Source: Thelocarpon superellum (lineage: Eukaryota). Taken from it: 64,000 nucleotides of DNA. The notes beneath the pieces were generated by a model, which was not told the DNA's origin, ran no database searches, and saw nothing but the letters and a program-made list of their open reading frames with translations. This document shows, piece after piece, positions 1-11,775 of the stretch. Both the position numbers and the translations under genes were made by a program. Where the stretch lies: assembly GCA_026025795.1 (NCBI GenBank), contig JAPEUG010000022.1, positions 1 through 64,000 on the forward strand, in the 5' to 3' direction. The stretch's first letter is position 1. Each line of letters starts with the position of its first letter.

Positions 1-124
1 CAGCTTTCTGTTCGGCTTTCGATCGCTCGACGACGACCACTTGGAAGTCATGCTTGGCGAGCCAGAAGGCTAGTACTGAACCTGCGATACCTGCGCCACA
101 TATGAGGATTCTTTCCGATGGCAT
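1..124 (-). CDS. FAD-dependent oxidoreductase/monooxygenase, N-terminal part (runs off the window)
   Basis: Manual translation from ATG 124: MPSERILICGAGIAGSVLAFWLAKHDFQVVVVERSK, a GxGxxG...E dinucleotide-binding fold. Not in the ORF track. Confidence 0.85.
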   Translation of the reverse strand, partial: MPSERILICGAGIAGSVLAFWLAKHDFQVVVVERSKAEQKA

Positions 125-449
125 CGTGCGTGTTGGCTGCTGCGCTGCAGGATGGAGAAGTGATGGTCTGTGGGCGATAACACGAGAGGATGCCGGGCTA
201 AAAGGATCCGGTGCTGGCTTGATGGGCACCAAGAAATTCGCATGACGCCGTGTTATCCATTAGCATGCGCAAGCGCCGCGTCCACCGCCAGGTAGATCGA
301 TTCAACAAACCCGTGGTCACTAGTCTGCGTAACCCCCATTCTACCAACGAAGAAGAGAACACGTATAATTGTGCTTGGAGGGATCCCAGACTACTTTGAA
401 CATCTATGCCGATTGAACAGAGAGTGCTTAGACTTCCCACTCATCAACT

Positions 450-1100
450 GGGGGAGCCCGCGTCAGCTGTGCTAGGTAAACAGGGGGGCGCCCCAGCTGT
501 GCTCCGTAAAGGCTGACCGTTGGAACGGCACGGCACGGATTTTGAACAGGAGATCCCGACCCGGCCCGGATCGGGATGGAACGGAATCACGGTGTAGGAA
601 ACTGCTGCCAACCTGGCTATACAGTTGGTATGCTGTCACGTGCTATTGTCCAGCCCAATATCACGTGATATGAGGCTGGTTCATACATGTCACATGATAT
701 ATACACACACGATCTGATTCCTGACACTAGGTAGCACATCTACAGTCATGTGATATCTCCATCACACGCTCATGCTGCTCTTTTATATTACATCCAACTA
801 TCTATATGACATACAGGATTGTAACAGGACTTTGTAATGTAACAGAAATGAGCATTACCACTCAGCAATACCCATTCTGAAATTTCTGAGAAAAGTCACA
901 TGATATTCACCCACATATTGAATACCGGCGGTATCCCAACGGATCTCTATTATAGCACCCTACCATCCAGCCAGTATTTGCCCTGGCCTCATTCCGTTAC
1001 AGCTGGATTCTTGGCGGCATTCCGATGGATTACGCTGGCGGAATTCCGTTCCAACGGTCAGCCTAGCTCCGTAGCGGGGAAAGCCCCCGTCAGCTGTGCT
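450..1100 (+). repeat. Degenerate ~30-bp tandem repeat (3 units) interrupted by the MITE
   Basis: GGGG..GCCC..CAGCTGTGCT units at ~450-473, ~483-503 and ~1076-1100 become adjacent if 509-1065 and one TSD copy are removed. Confidence 0.6.
509..1065. mobile_element. Non-autonomous DNA transposon (MITE), hAT-like
   Basis: Perfect 19-bp inverted repeat AGGCTGACCGTTGGAACGG (510-528 and 1046-1064). 8-bp direct repeat GCTCCGTA at 501-508 and 1066-1073. Subterminal ACGG/CCGT repeats. AT-rich interior with no transposase. Confidence 0.85.
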
Positions 1101-1214
1101 CATGTGCTGGTGCAAGTAATGAGCCTGGTCAGTCTGGACCCTAATGGTACCGGGGTCAACATAACTAGGGTCTAGCTCGCGTTTGGCAGCCCAAGGACGA
1201 TAGTCTTCGCCTCC

Positions 1215-1610
1215 CTAGCCGAAACCCCTACCAAATGTCATGTCCATGTACAAGCATGTCGTAAGACCGGGGGGTGTGGACAATTGTCCGTCGGTTGCAA
1301 GGGCCGCCACGCACTCTTTGTGCGTCAGGACTGCTCTGGTAGCCGAAATGCCAAGGTTTGTCGTTATCGTGGCAAGAGCCGACCTACCCGTATCGTGTTC
1401 GTTGGTCGTCATCATTATGATTGCAAGATGGCGCTCGCTTCAACCGGGCCGCGGAGGCCATTTGCCGCATTCCCAAACCCGGCTATGCGCGGTCGCTTCG
1501 TACAGTGGCGCCAGCGCTGCGAAGTGCGGTACCTGGTCTCGGAAGTAGCTGCAGAATCCACGGAACGACCGAAGCTCCGTCTTGCTGCGTGGCATCGGCC
1601 AATGGTTGAC
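1215..1610 (-). mobile_element. Ty3/Gypsy pol remnant (RT connection/RNase H region), degenerate
   Basis: WPMPRSKTELRSFRGFCSYFRDQVPHFAALAPLYEAT matches the WPxP..ELRSFLG..YxR..IP.FA..A.PL pattern. Downstream LYMDMTFGRGFG resembles the first RNase H motif. No LTRs seen. Confidence 0.7.
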
Positions 1611-2160
1611 CGTCCCCGTTCGGTGCACAGGCGTATTCTTTCCGTTTGCGTGGGTGGCCGTACCGCAAAGTTCAATCGTACCGGCGAGAAGGGTCGTCGG
1701 CTGCTCGTTGATCGTCAAACACGATGTCTTCGTAGCGCCTCGATGACTCGTTTGGTGGTAGCAGCGCACCTTGTCTGCGCTTCGTGCGTCGTCTTTCAAG
1801 TTTCGTGGTGAATGAACAGGTCCTCGAGGTGAACCGTCACATTGTCCCCGATCAGACTGCTTACTGCTCGCTCTAGGTAGGATGGTTGGAAGACATGACA
1901 ACCCACTTCCATCTCGTTGACGCACGTCCATTCGTTCGGAAGGTGGAATACCCTTCTGCGGCCTCCCACAACTACGGAACAAGCAGTGACGCTCGACTTC
2001 CTCAGCTAGTAGACTCAAACGCATTCAATCTCCCAGCTGTCGTCAGTGAGATCAACATCTGCAGTGATTCTAGCATGACATTTTCCGTGCTTCTCATTGT
2101 TCCATCTCTGGTGTGCTTATGCCGGAGTGTAGTATCGAGCCTCGACCATGCTACGCCTCC

Positions 2161-4236
2161 TCACAATGCGCTCGTCTGGTTCCACTCCGCAAAAGTTAGG
2201 GTCGGATGCAGGCGTAGAGACAGATCGACAATGCCTGGCGGTCGGTTGTCGTCCGTGCCGTCCCAACAATACCGATCCAGGCACTGCGCGCATTGCGTCG
2301 ACCGCGGCATGTCCACCTGCGCCAGACTGCGATCGATGGCGGCGCAGGCCAGGCACACGGCCCACTCGGCGTCCAGCGTGCCGTTGCCCTGCGTCACCAG
2401 GTTGAAGCTGTTTTCCAAAATCTCCGACATCTGCGGCAGCGACGTGGTCTCTTGGAAGAAAGAATAGTTGGTATAGGCGCTGTAGGGTGCGTTGGCCAGG
2501 TACAGCACGATCGGCGCGTCCGCGCTGCCGGTCGTTGTGAGCCTCGCATCGCAGCCGAAGAAGACGGGCTGAGTGGTATAGTTGCGGTTGACGAACGTCG
2601 TGGCGGGAGGCACGATGGGAAAGGGTAGGCCCGACGCGTTGGCTGCCACGTACGTGTCGCGAAGGTTGGTGCCGTTGTTCCAAAAGTAAGGCGACGCGTC
2701 GCTGTTGGCGTCCCATGCGATAAGGAAAGAGGGTTTCCGGGCCGGCTGGATCTGGCTCCACAACGGAATGGCCTGTCCGGCCTCGGACCCGTCCATCAAG
2801 CGCAAGTTGGCGTCACCGCGGATCGTCGTTGTGGCCGAGTCCAGTGCGGCAAATGGGTTCGGATAGACGGCGTACGTCGCCGCGCTCTGATTCTCATGCA
2901 AGACTTCGTTGAAGCCCTGATACAATCCTTCGAGCTCCGAGAGGGGCGGCCCACCCCGTGGCGAGAGGGAACGTCGTCCCACTGCACCAGCGGGGCTGTC
3001 CCGCTTGGAGAACGCGGCGAGGCTGCCGTTGGACTGACCCTCGATGTACCAAAAGTTCAAGGCGTCGGCGGAGCCGCCGATGATGAAACTGGTGAACCGA
3101 TCAGCATGTGGGCATGACCTTTCCTCTACCAGCGCGCCCACCTTGCGCGGTCGAACCCGCGCACGCAGCTACTGCTGTTCACCACCGATCCATTGAGGAG
3201 GCGCGTGCCCAGCCACTCTGTCGGGGTGAAGGCGCTAACGGATCCATTCCACGCGCCGAATTCGAACGGCGTCACCTCGTACTGTTGCCACCCATCAGTC
3301 CAAGGGGTCCGGGAGGGAACGCAGTCCGCATTCGGCACCACTCACGTTGGTGGCGTTGGAAAAGGGGATCTGCAAGCCAAAGTACTCGGTACTCCTATCG
3401 TCAATCTCAATGAGTTGGATGATGGGAAGAGGCATCTGGTGCTGAGCGAAGTGGCTCAGATTGCTGACAGCCGAGAAGGTGCCGTTGACGCCGCCGGGCG
3501 AATTGGCAACGAATTCGTAAGCCCAAGCCCGGCCAAAGTAATCGGCTGCCGTGGCGTTGAAGCCGGCTTCGAGCTTTGACACCACGTCGGCAAAGAGGGA
3601 CGTCATTGGGACGGCATACTGCGTCGTGTTGGTGACGCCATTCAGCCGATCGATTTGCGGCTGCCAGAGGTCGACGATCTCGTCGGCGGTGGGAAAGTTA
3701 TGGACGGCGAATGACATCACTGGCCACGACCCACCCGACAGACCAGAAAGATATGTCATGCTCTGCAGCAGCCCGCCAGTCCCCTGTTGGACCGCTGCAT
3801 CAAGACGCGCGTCCAAGGCGCGGACGGCGCCCGTACCCGTGAAGGCCGAGTTCCAGCCGCCGCCGCTGATGGCCAGGCCCAGCGTCGGCACGAGCGAGTA
3901 GTTGGAGGCGCGCAGGCGGCAGACGTATTCGCAGGCATCGAAGTCTTTCATCTGCAAGCGAAGCAAGTAGCCTTCCAGCGCCTCGGCCACCACCTTCTTC
4001 CGGCCATGCACCCAGTTAGCCTCGACCTGAGCAAGGCCAGTCGCCGGACGGATCCATTGGACGTCCGTCGGACACTGGACCCGAATGGGAGCATAACTGG
4101 TCGCGAGGTCTTGCCCCGAACACAGTCGGACGTGTCCGACTAGCGCTATGGCGAGGCCTCAGTGCTGATCAGAAGAGAACGGGCTCCAGCTCAACGTACC
4201 AGTGGCCACGAGGGCGATGAAGGGGACGAAGTGCAT
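2161..4236 (-). CDS. Secreted lysophospholipase / phospholipase B (PLA2_B family), multi-exon
   Basis: Signal-like MHFVPFIALVATG; YAPIRVQCP; AISGGG; catalytic GLSGGSW; YEVTPFEFG; LMDGSE; CLACAAIDRS; YCWDG. ORFs 3295-4011, 3126-3341 and 2161-3141 are joined by introns. Confidence 0.93.
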
Positions 4237-5344
4237 CTTGCTGACTGAAATGATGTATTCCGGATGGGACGTCGCGTTCGTAGGACTGATGGGAGTCCTG
4301 GGCAGTGGCGTCGGCCATTTCCGCCATCTTATACTGTTGGTGAGAGGATAAATGAGGACGTCAGCCTGCCAGATGAATGTGTTCGAGACGTGTTGCCCAG
4401 GCTTCCCGTGTCCGGCCCCCAATCAAGGAATCAAGACATGCAGGGGCGATAGGGTCATGGAAATGGGATGACATGACCCAAAATCGACCGGGCTGGGGCC
4501 AAGGCAGTGTGCAGCTCGACATCACATCAACAGACATCGTCAGCGGCTGGAGGGGCGGGGTCCTGCGATTCGCTCGCACGACATTCCCGATATGGGATGG
4601 TGCGTCACGGGTGGGCTAGAGCGGTTCCGGCGTAGGGCGCCATCGTGCTCTTGACCAGCAATCGTCCGACTACGAGTAACGGCGCAGCAATATTCGGCCT
4701 TTGGCCGAAAACCTAGGCGCGGCTTGTTGACTCTGGTTTGCCAAGGGCAACGTCGAATGAGACAAAGATTGCACATGGACGATGTCCCTACGGGCCTACG
4801 GGAATCAAGCAGAGACCACGCGTCATCATGCTGCAGGAGCACGGACTGCGGACGCTTCTCCGGCGGACGAGGATGATGAGGGAAGGCACCCTCGGAGCAG
4901 AAGAGCGTGGCTGGAAGTCGGAGATTCGAGGATGCGTAGGTTCAAGTTAGCTGAAGCCGAAGCCGAAGCCGAATGGCTACGTGCCATCGGACCTTGTACA
5001 CGATCCCTACAAGTACAGCCGTTGTGAACTACTGCATCCCAATCTCTCTGTTTGCAGAAAGCTACTGCTCCTACGACCATCACTCCAACCACCCTTGGAT
5101 CAGAGGCTCACGCTCATTGTGCGTACCGTTATTTCAAGCCCTAGCCGTCCCGCTGCGCTCGACTCGCACACGGTGTGCCACGAGGTGACGAAGACTCTGG
5201 CGCTAGGAAGGCATTCCCTGCCCGGCACGTCCTCTCAAGCCCCTCCATCACGGTGCGTTCATTTCGTCCCGTCTACCTTCGAGGTCATGCACCGTGACGT
5301 GTCGACTCATTCTATGGACAGGGCTATCTTGGGATCGACGGCAG

Positions 5345-7250
5345 ATGCCTTTTCGTGGGAAAGCTTCCAAAGGTTGTGAGACTTGCCGACGGAAGAAGAT
5401 CCGAGTAGGTGCAGCATCGGGGCCCGTCCCACCCCCCCTTCTCGCTCAGATGGTGACCTACTCCTGCCTAGTGTGATCAGAGGGTCGGTGGATGCGCCAA
5501 CTGTGCCAGGGTCAAGCTCCAATGCCCTGGCTATCGCGATCAATTAGACCTGGCCTTTCGGGACGAGAGTGCCGAGGTCGCTCGCAAGGTCGCAGCAAAA
5601 GCCGACCCTGGCCCAGTCGCGTCATCACGAACGGCCGAGTCATCCAGCACGTCCAAGAGACGGACCGACCCGAATGGGCTGCTGGCGCTGCTGCGACAGC
5701 ACGACGAGGCGTCGGCCATCTTTGCCGCACAGAGGGTGCCCTCGCTGTCCACGCTCGATGACCAAGCCACGGCCTTCTTTTACGCCCATTATCTCATCCC
5801 CGGTGCTGACCTGGGTGGGCCAACGCGAGCACCTTCCGAGCTCGACGAGACGGTCCTGGCCAGCATCCGTGCCGTGGGATTGGCGGGACTGTCGCGTCCG
5901 GCGCTCGCGCCCGGTGGGCTGCACGTCGAGACGGCGAAACGCTATGTGAACGCGATCCGCCGGACGAATGTGGCCTTGCGAGATGCAGAGCAGGTCAAGA
6001 AAGATAGTACCTTACTGGCAACGATGATGCTCGGCGTCTTCGAGACCATGACTGGCCATACGCCCAGCTCGCTGACGGCGTGGATCAGCCACATCGACGG
6101 CGCAGCGGCGCTGGTGAAGCTCCGTGGATCGGAGCAATTACGGACGTGGAACGGGCGGCGGCTTTTCCTGCAAGCAACGACATATCTGATGAATAACTGT
6201 CTGCAACGGAGCCTGCCCTTGCCCAAGGAGATCATGGACTTGACGGCGGAACTCGGCACGTACATGGATGGCACGGACCGCATTTGGCGCCTGCATCTGG
6301 CAAGCTGCGATGTCGTCAACTTCCGCGCGGACGTGCGACAAGACCTCCAACCCGGTCGGACGGAGCGGCTGACTCGCGCCTTGGAGCTGGACCGGCGCCT
6401 CATGCACATCTTTTCGGAGTTACCGTTGGGGTGGGATTATCAGATCATCCAGACGGAAGAGGACCGGGACCTGGTGCTGACCGGCTACTACCACATCTAC
6501 CCCAACTTCTTTTTAGTGCAGGTATGGAACGGCGCGCGGCTCATGCGCATGATGCTGAACGAGATCATCTGCGACGACCTGGTCGCCGGCTTCGCCGCCA
6601 CCCCAGCGCTGTTCCAGGTCGACGAGTACCTCGCGCATTTGACGCGGTCGAAGGAGACGCTGTCGCAACTGCAGGCCGGCGTGATTGCCAGTGTGCCGCA
6701 GCATTTGGGCTACACGCCACGCTCACCTACGTCATCCTCATCATTCTTTTCGCGAAGTGGATCGCCATTAACCACAGAATACAAATTCCTGTGGTCATCA
6801 TTTGCGAGCTACAGATATCTTCCATCTGCCACCCCCTCTCCTCCACCACCTCCCCTCCCTCTCCTCTCCTCATCCCCTCCAGATCAAGACGGCCGTCAGC
6901 AGCCGACGATCCGAATCTTGGGCGGCTTTCAAATGATCGGCTTGCTCTTCTACCTCGGTCGCATGCCTAAACATCGTTCCTCACCACGCTTGCGCCGTTG
7001 GATTCTTCGTATCCTGCGTCATCTTGGTTCGCCTACTGTTTGGGCTATCGGGCAGGCGACTGCTCTTGCTAAAACGTTGGAGAGATTGTGGGAAGAGGAA
7101 GAGGACGAGGATGAGGAGGAAGATGACGATGGAGCAGAATGGGCAGAGGAGGAGAGGGGGAAGGGAAAAGGGAGGGCGGGAGAGGAGGGAGACGAGGAAG
7201 AAAGAGGCAACGAAGAAGAAGAAGAAGCGGAAAGGGGGACTCAGTCATGA
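5345..7250 (+). CDS. Zn(II)2Cys6 fungal transcription factor
   Basis: MPFRGKASKGCETCRRKKIR, intron 5405-5471, then CDQRVGGCANCARVKLQCPGY. In frame with the 5736-7250 fungal TF domain (HIDGAAALVKLRG). Acidic low-complexity tail. Confidence 0.92.
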
Positions 7251-8040
7251 ACCCATCGATGCTCCTCCCTTTCCCATTCCCTTTCCCTTTTCCTTCGCCT
7301 TTCGCTTTTGACTTTGATTCCATTGATGATGTACAAGAGTAATTATTGATTTCTGCCACGTCTACGACGGTGGCAGGGGCGCTATTACGATGCTACGAGT
7401 AATGTCGAGGCGCGCACGTGACTACGTCAGTACTACCCCAGCTACGCCGAGACTAATTCTTGAGTTACACTACCATCCAGGTTACATAAGCAGTAGGCAG
7501 ACTGTGCCTGGTCTGCATCGGATTTAATGAGACTGCACAAGCCGGGGGAGCTACGTACCTGGTCCGCAGGAACAAAGTCACATGACCCACGGTCACTCGC
7601 CATGGGGTTGGTCCCTGACAATAGCAGCCGGGGCTCGCCTCGATGCAGTGCAAAGGACCTCAGAACGCGACATCGAGCAGCGGCAGAACCAAGAGGCTTC
7701 GTTCACCAACTCCTGGGTGATCCCGCGCGACCCCAGGGGCGGCGGTGAAAGAGGGTGAGATGCGCAGTCTCTAATTTTGGTCAGGGGGTCCGCAGGAGAG
7801 GCTAGCGGGACCCTGGTAAGCCTGCTAGGCGCTCTCGTCTGCCAAGCGCGAGCCCCGCCGTGGCTCCTCATCGGGCCGCGAGGGAAGCGGAGACGAGGGG
7901 TCTATGCGTCCCTGGAAGACATCAATGACCCTCAGAAGGTACGAGTACTAGCCAGTCAACCAATTAGCACGCACGCTTGCACGTTCGCACGCATGCACTC
8001 ATCGCCCCTGCGACTTCGGCGTATGCTACCTCAGTAAGCC

Positions 8041-10161
8041 ATGGGGGGTGGATGGTCAACTCCAAACGTCGTGACAGGCGTCTACGTTGACTACGCCCGA
8101 CCCTCGGGCAGCCGTGAGTCCTGGACCCGCCTGCAGATATCTCGTCGCAAGCTGAGAGAAAGGAGAGCATCAATGGCTTCAGACCGACGTTGGAGCCGAT
8201 GTCTTCACCCAATTTCTTGGCATCCTCGTCGTCGTCGCCTTGACCCGATTGTTCCGCATCGGCTTCCGCATCCGTGACCTCGCCGCGACTTATCGAGCCC
8301 GCCAGGCTCTCGAAAATCCTCCGGAAGAAAGTCTAGACGGACCACCACCAGAATCTCCCTCTACACCTTCATTCCAAGATTCATTTGAGACCGTCAAGAC
8401 CGGGCCTGACAGCCATGGATCCGAGAATCTGCTAGAGTCGCTGTCCCTTATCGAACGTCGGTTTGGATTCCGCCTCTTTACCTCCGGCCCGAGTCTGCTT
8501 GGAGGCACCGCGCCGATGGAAACGCCTACGGGCTGGCAGATCTCCAAATCCGTCCTAGCCACCCTTGTATATTTCGGAGCATACATCGTGGTGATTCTTC
8601 TGGGCGTCTTCACGGCACGAGTCAAGACGAACAACACGGCCTTGTCGTCGGATCCGAAATGCGGCGTGTATTACAACCCCCTTCCGACTGCGGCGCTGTA
8701 CTATCACCAAGCAGAGCTGGAGAGTGCACACCTCGCCCAAGATTGTTACGGGGAAGAGGAGGGCGCCGATGGCTGCAACCTTTTTGTCTCTCAGTCCATC
8801 GACTATCAGACGTACAATGCCTCTTGTCCGTTTGCACCAGATCTCTGCCTCGAAGACGCCGGACCGGCCGTTCAATATTCGACAGGACCCGTGAGCGGCG
8901 CAAAGTTGGGTATCAATGCACCGCAAGTTCTAGAATTCGAGAGGAACACGACCTGCTCTCCGCTGAATATGAACGAATCCTACGTCACACTTGTGAGGAA
9001 TGGCAACACCAAGACCTACCAGTATAATTATGGCACCGTCCCTCTATACCACAACCATACCTGGGACAGCGTCCCTCAAAGAGACGGCCAGGGCGTCGGG
9101 TCGGGATACCAGGTGGTGTGAGTTTACTCGTGGGATACCACGGACCGTGGCTGATGCACGTTTCCAGCCCCTACCTTTCCGTCCCTGGTATCTGGGCTCC
9201 AATCGCAGAGCTGCAGGCTCCCTACGGCTCACTGACAACCATCATCTTCGTCGATAGCCAGACCATTCTGTACAGCGCACCAAGCTCTGATCCAATCTTT
9301 CCGGCCGACACGCGCGTTGACAGCGAAAATCGAACGTATTGGTCCAAGACGAGTCGACACGCGACCGTGATGGCGTGTGTTGATAGCACGAGGTGGCGCG
9401 ACCCAATCACGACGGATTCGTGGAGCAACGGATACCAAGCAATTCCCATGTCTAAAGATGCGCAGATCCGTGGTGGACAACAACTCTTCCGCGAGTCCCT
9501 TGTCCACTCTAACATTTACTGGAGCCTTAGTCAACGGGGCGCGGCAGCGCTACAAGCGCAAACGAAAGCCGGTCGCATCGTCTCTCTTCCCATGGGAGAA
9601 GAGCAGTGGAAGGACGAAGCAAAGGCGCTTTACGAGACCTCCCTGGCGCGGATCCAGATCGAAGCACGCGACATTGCGCACGGGACCCAAGCTCGATTCG
9701 CCGGCTGGGCGAAGGAAGAGGAGAATGAATATCTGGGGCCGGAAATTTGCCACCAGACCTTCCTCTTCAAAGCCGATGGATGGAACAACGTCAACTGGGC
9801 CGCGGCCATGTCGATCCTAGTCATTGGGCTGTTCATCATCTTCCCTCTCTCATTCCCCATCTCCACAGATTCCCAACGCCTGCTACCAGAACTTGTGTTT
9901 GGCACACGTGAGGAGTGGTTAGCATATCTTGTGGTCGAGTCCGTCCGGTGGGTTGGCAGACGGATCAGGGATCTGTTTCTGCTGGGGTGGACCGCTCTCT
10001 TGGGGGTCTGGCGTGCTCTTTACCGGGTCTTCAGCGAGGGATCTGGGCGTGTCAAAGCCAGGTGGAGAAAGAGCACGCTTGGCGAGCGGACCAGGCAAAA
10101 GGTCAAGGAGCTTTGGGCCCGCTTGACTGGGAAACCGCATCCTGATGACCCCACGGAGTGA
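8041..10161 (+). CDS. Uncharacterised fungal membrane glycoprotein (3 exons)
   Basis: ATG 8041; introns ~8114-8162 and ~9118-9166 join ORFs 8240-9121 and 9118-10161. Hydrophobic segments flank a Cys- and N-glycosylation-rich loop (YAQDCY-like LAQDCY, CPFAPDLC, TTCSPL). Confidence 0.72.
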
Positions 10162-10989
10162 TTGCTGCCGGTTTGGTCTTTGGTCGTGGGGCTCTGAGAC
10201 GTCGGTCAACCTACTTTCATGTCCGTCACTCTTGGCATGCTTGTCCGGAGGCTTGGCTGGACCCTGCTCAATCGATGCTTCTTCTCAAGACTCCAATGAC
10301 TTGGTGTCTTGCTACATTTGGAGATTCCTTAGCAGGGTGATTTAGACCTTCCGTAAGCCACAATGGCTGTGTCACGGTCAGAGAGAATGCAGTTGGCGGG
10401 TAGAGGTAATAGCAGGCGCAAAGTCTATCGACCTAAACACTGCACACTGCTTGCGGTATAGCCACTCCATCATCTAGAAGCAAGGAGCTCGCTCCGCCTG
10501 CAGGAAACCTCGAGCCACTGATCATGTCACTCTCATACAGATACGGTGAAGAAAATGTTGTGCAATGGGAATACAGTGTAGGTAGTATCAAGGCTAAGTA
10601 TTACCTCTGCCTGGGTCTCCCAATACTAGATATATGGGAACCCCTTACCAGCATTTCCGACTGAGCTCTCGCATGACCAGCCGCTGATTATGTCATCTTC
10701 CAGCGAAAATTTGTCTACTCAATAGCACGTGACGGGAATGGATAAGATTCAAAGCCACCACTACCACCACTGCCACCAGAATCAACGTCCAACCCCACCA
10801 ACGAACGCTCTCTCTGCGCCCTACTCTTCGCCACCACATCCGTCAGAATCGGACCAAATAAAGCCTTCAACCGACTCCCGAACCCTCGCGTTACTGTCCC
10901 CTCTCGCGGTCGTAATACCTCTCGTATTCTCCCACACCCCGCCTCACCAAGTGCCTGGTCCGGTCTTCTTCCCCGCCTCAGTGCCACAA

Positions 10990-11292
10990 ATGTCAATGTA
11001 CGACGAGATCGAGATAGAAGACATGACGTACGACGCGACGCTCCAGATTTACTACTACCCCTGCCCATGCGGCGACCGGTTCGAGATCGGCATGGCGGAT
11101 CTTCGCGATGGCGAGGACGTCGCTGTGTGTCCCAGCTGTAGTTTGATGATCCGTGTGATTTTCGACGCGGTGTGTTTTTCCCCTCTCCCTTCTAGCGTAG
11201 TGTGGCACCCCGACTGACTCGCGTGTATGCAGGATCATCTGCCTGGTCCGGACACAGACGCAACCAAGGGACCGGTGGCCGTCACGACTTGA
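10990..11292 (+). CDS. DPH3: Diphthamide biosynthesis protein 3 (CSL zinc finger, Kti11)
   Basis: [38 protein letters not shown]; intron 11170-11232; second exon ends with TGA at 11290-11292. Confidence 0.95.
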
Positions 11293-11775
11293 ATGGGAGA
11301 AGGGACGGGGGAAATAGCAGAGGGCTTCCGATACTTGGAATCATCCGGATCGAGGCCATGCATGAGCGGATCGGCGACCTGTTCACCCGATACCTCGGCG
11401 CCGCGTGAGTGAGCTTCTTCGGGCTCTGGGAAACCTCATGACCTGCCGGGTAATGCTCCGCCCCTCCACGCCGCGCCCGGTGGTCGACTAACGCCCGGCT
11501 CCAAGCTTCCAGCTCCAAGCTCCAAGCTGGATGTCGACGATGCCGCCTACTTCTCGGTGCACCAACATGCCGCGACGAATAAAGGGATCGAAATGGTATA
11601 CAGGCAGATTTACGATACTGTGAGCATTATGGATGTCTACTGTGCGCCTCCACAATGTGTATCAGAGCGGACCACGACATATCCAGACCTAGATGGATAG
11701 GTAGCCCTCTAAGTCCTATACGATGTGAAATACATAGGTACATCCAACATACGCAACATGTGGACACCAGCCGTC

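Noticed and set aside
7158..7300. Purine tract before and pyrimidine tract after the Zn2Cys6 stop codon (possible hairpin)
   Set aside because: Imperfect complementarity between low-complexity tracts is expected by chance.
10729..10989. In-frame upstream extension of DPH3 (ATG 10738)
   Set aside because: Low-complexity Pro/Ser/His sequence typical of a pyrimidine-rich leader. DPH3 homology starts at 10990, and there is no evidence the extension is translated.
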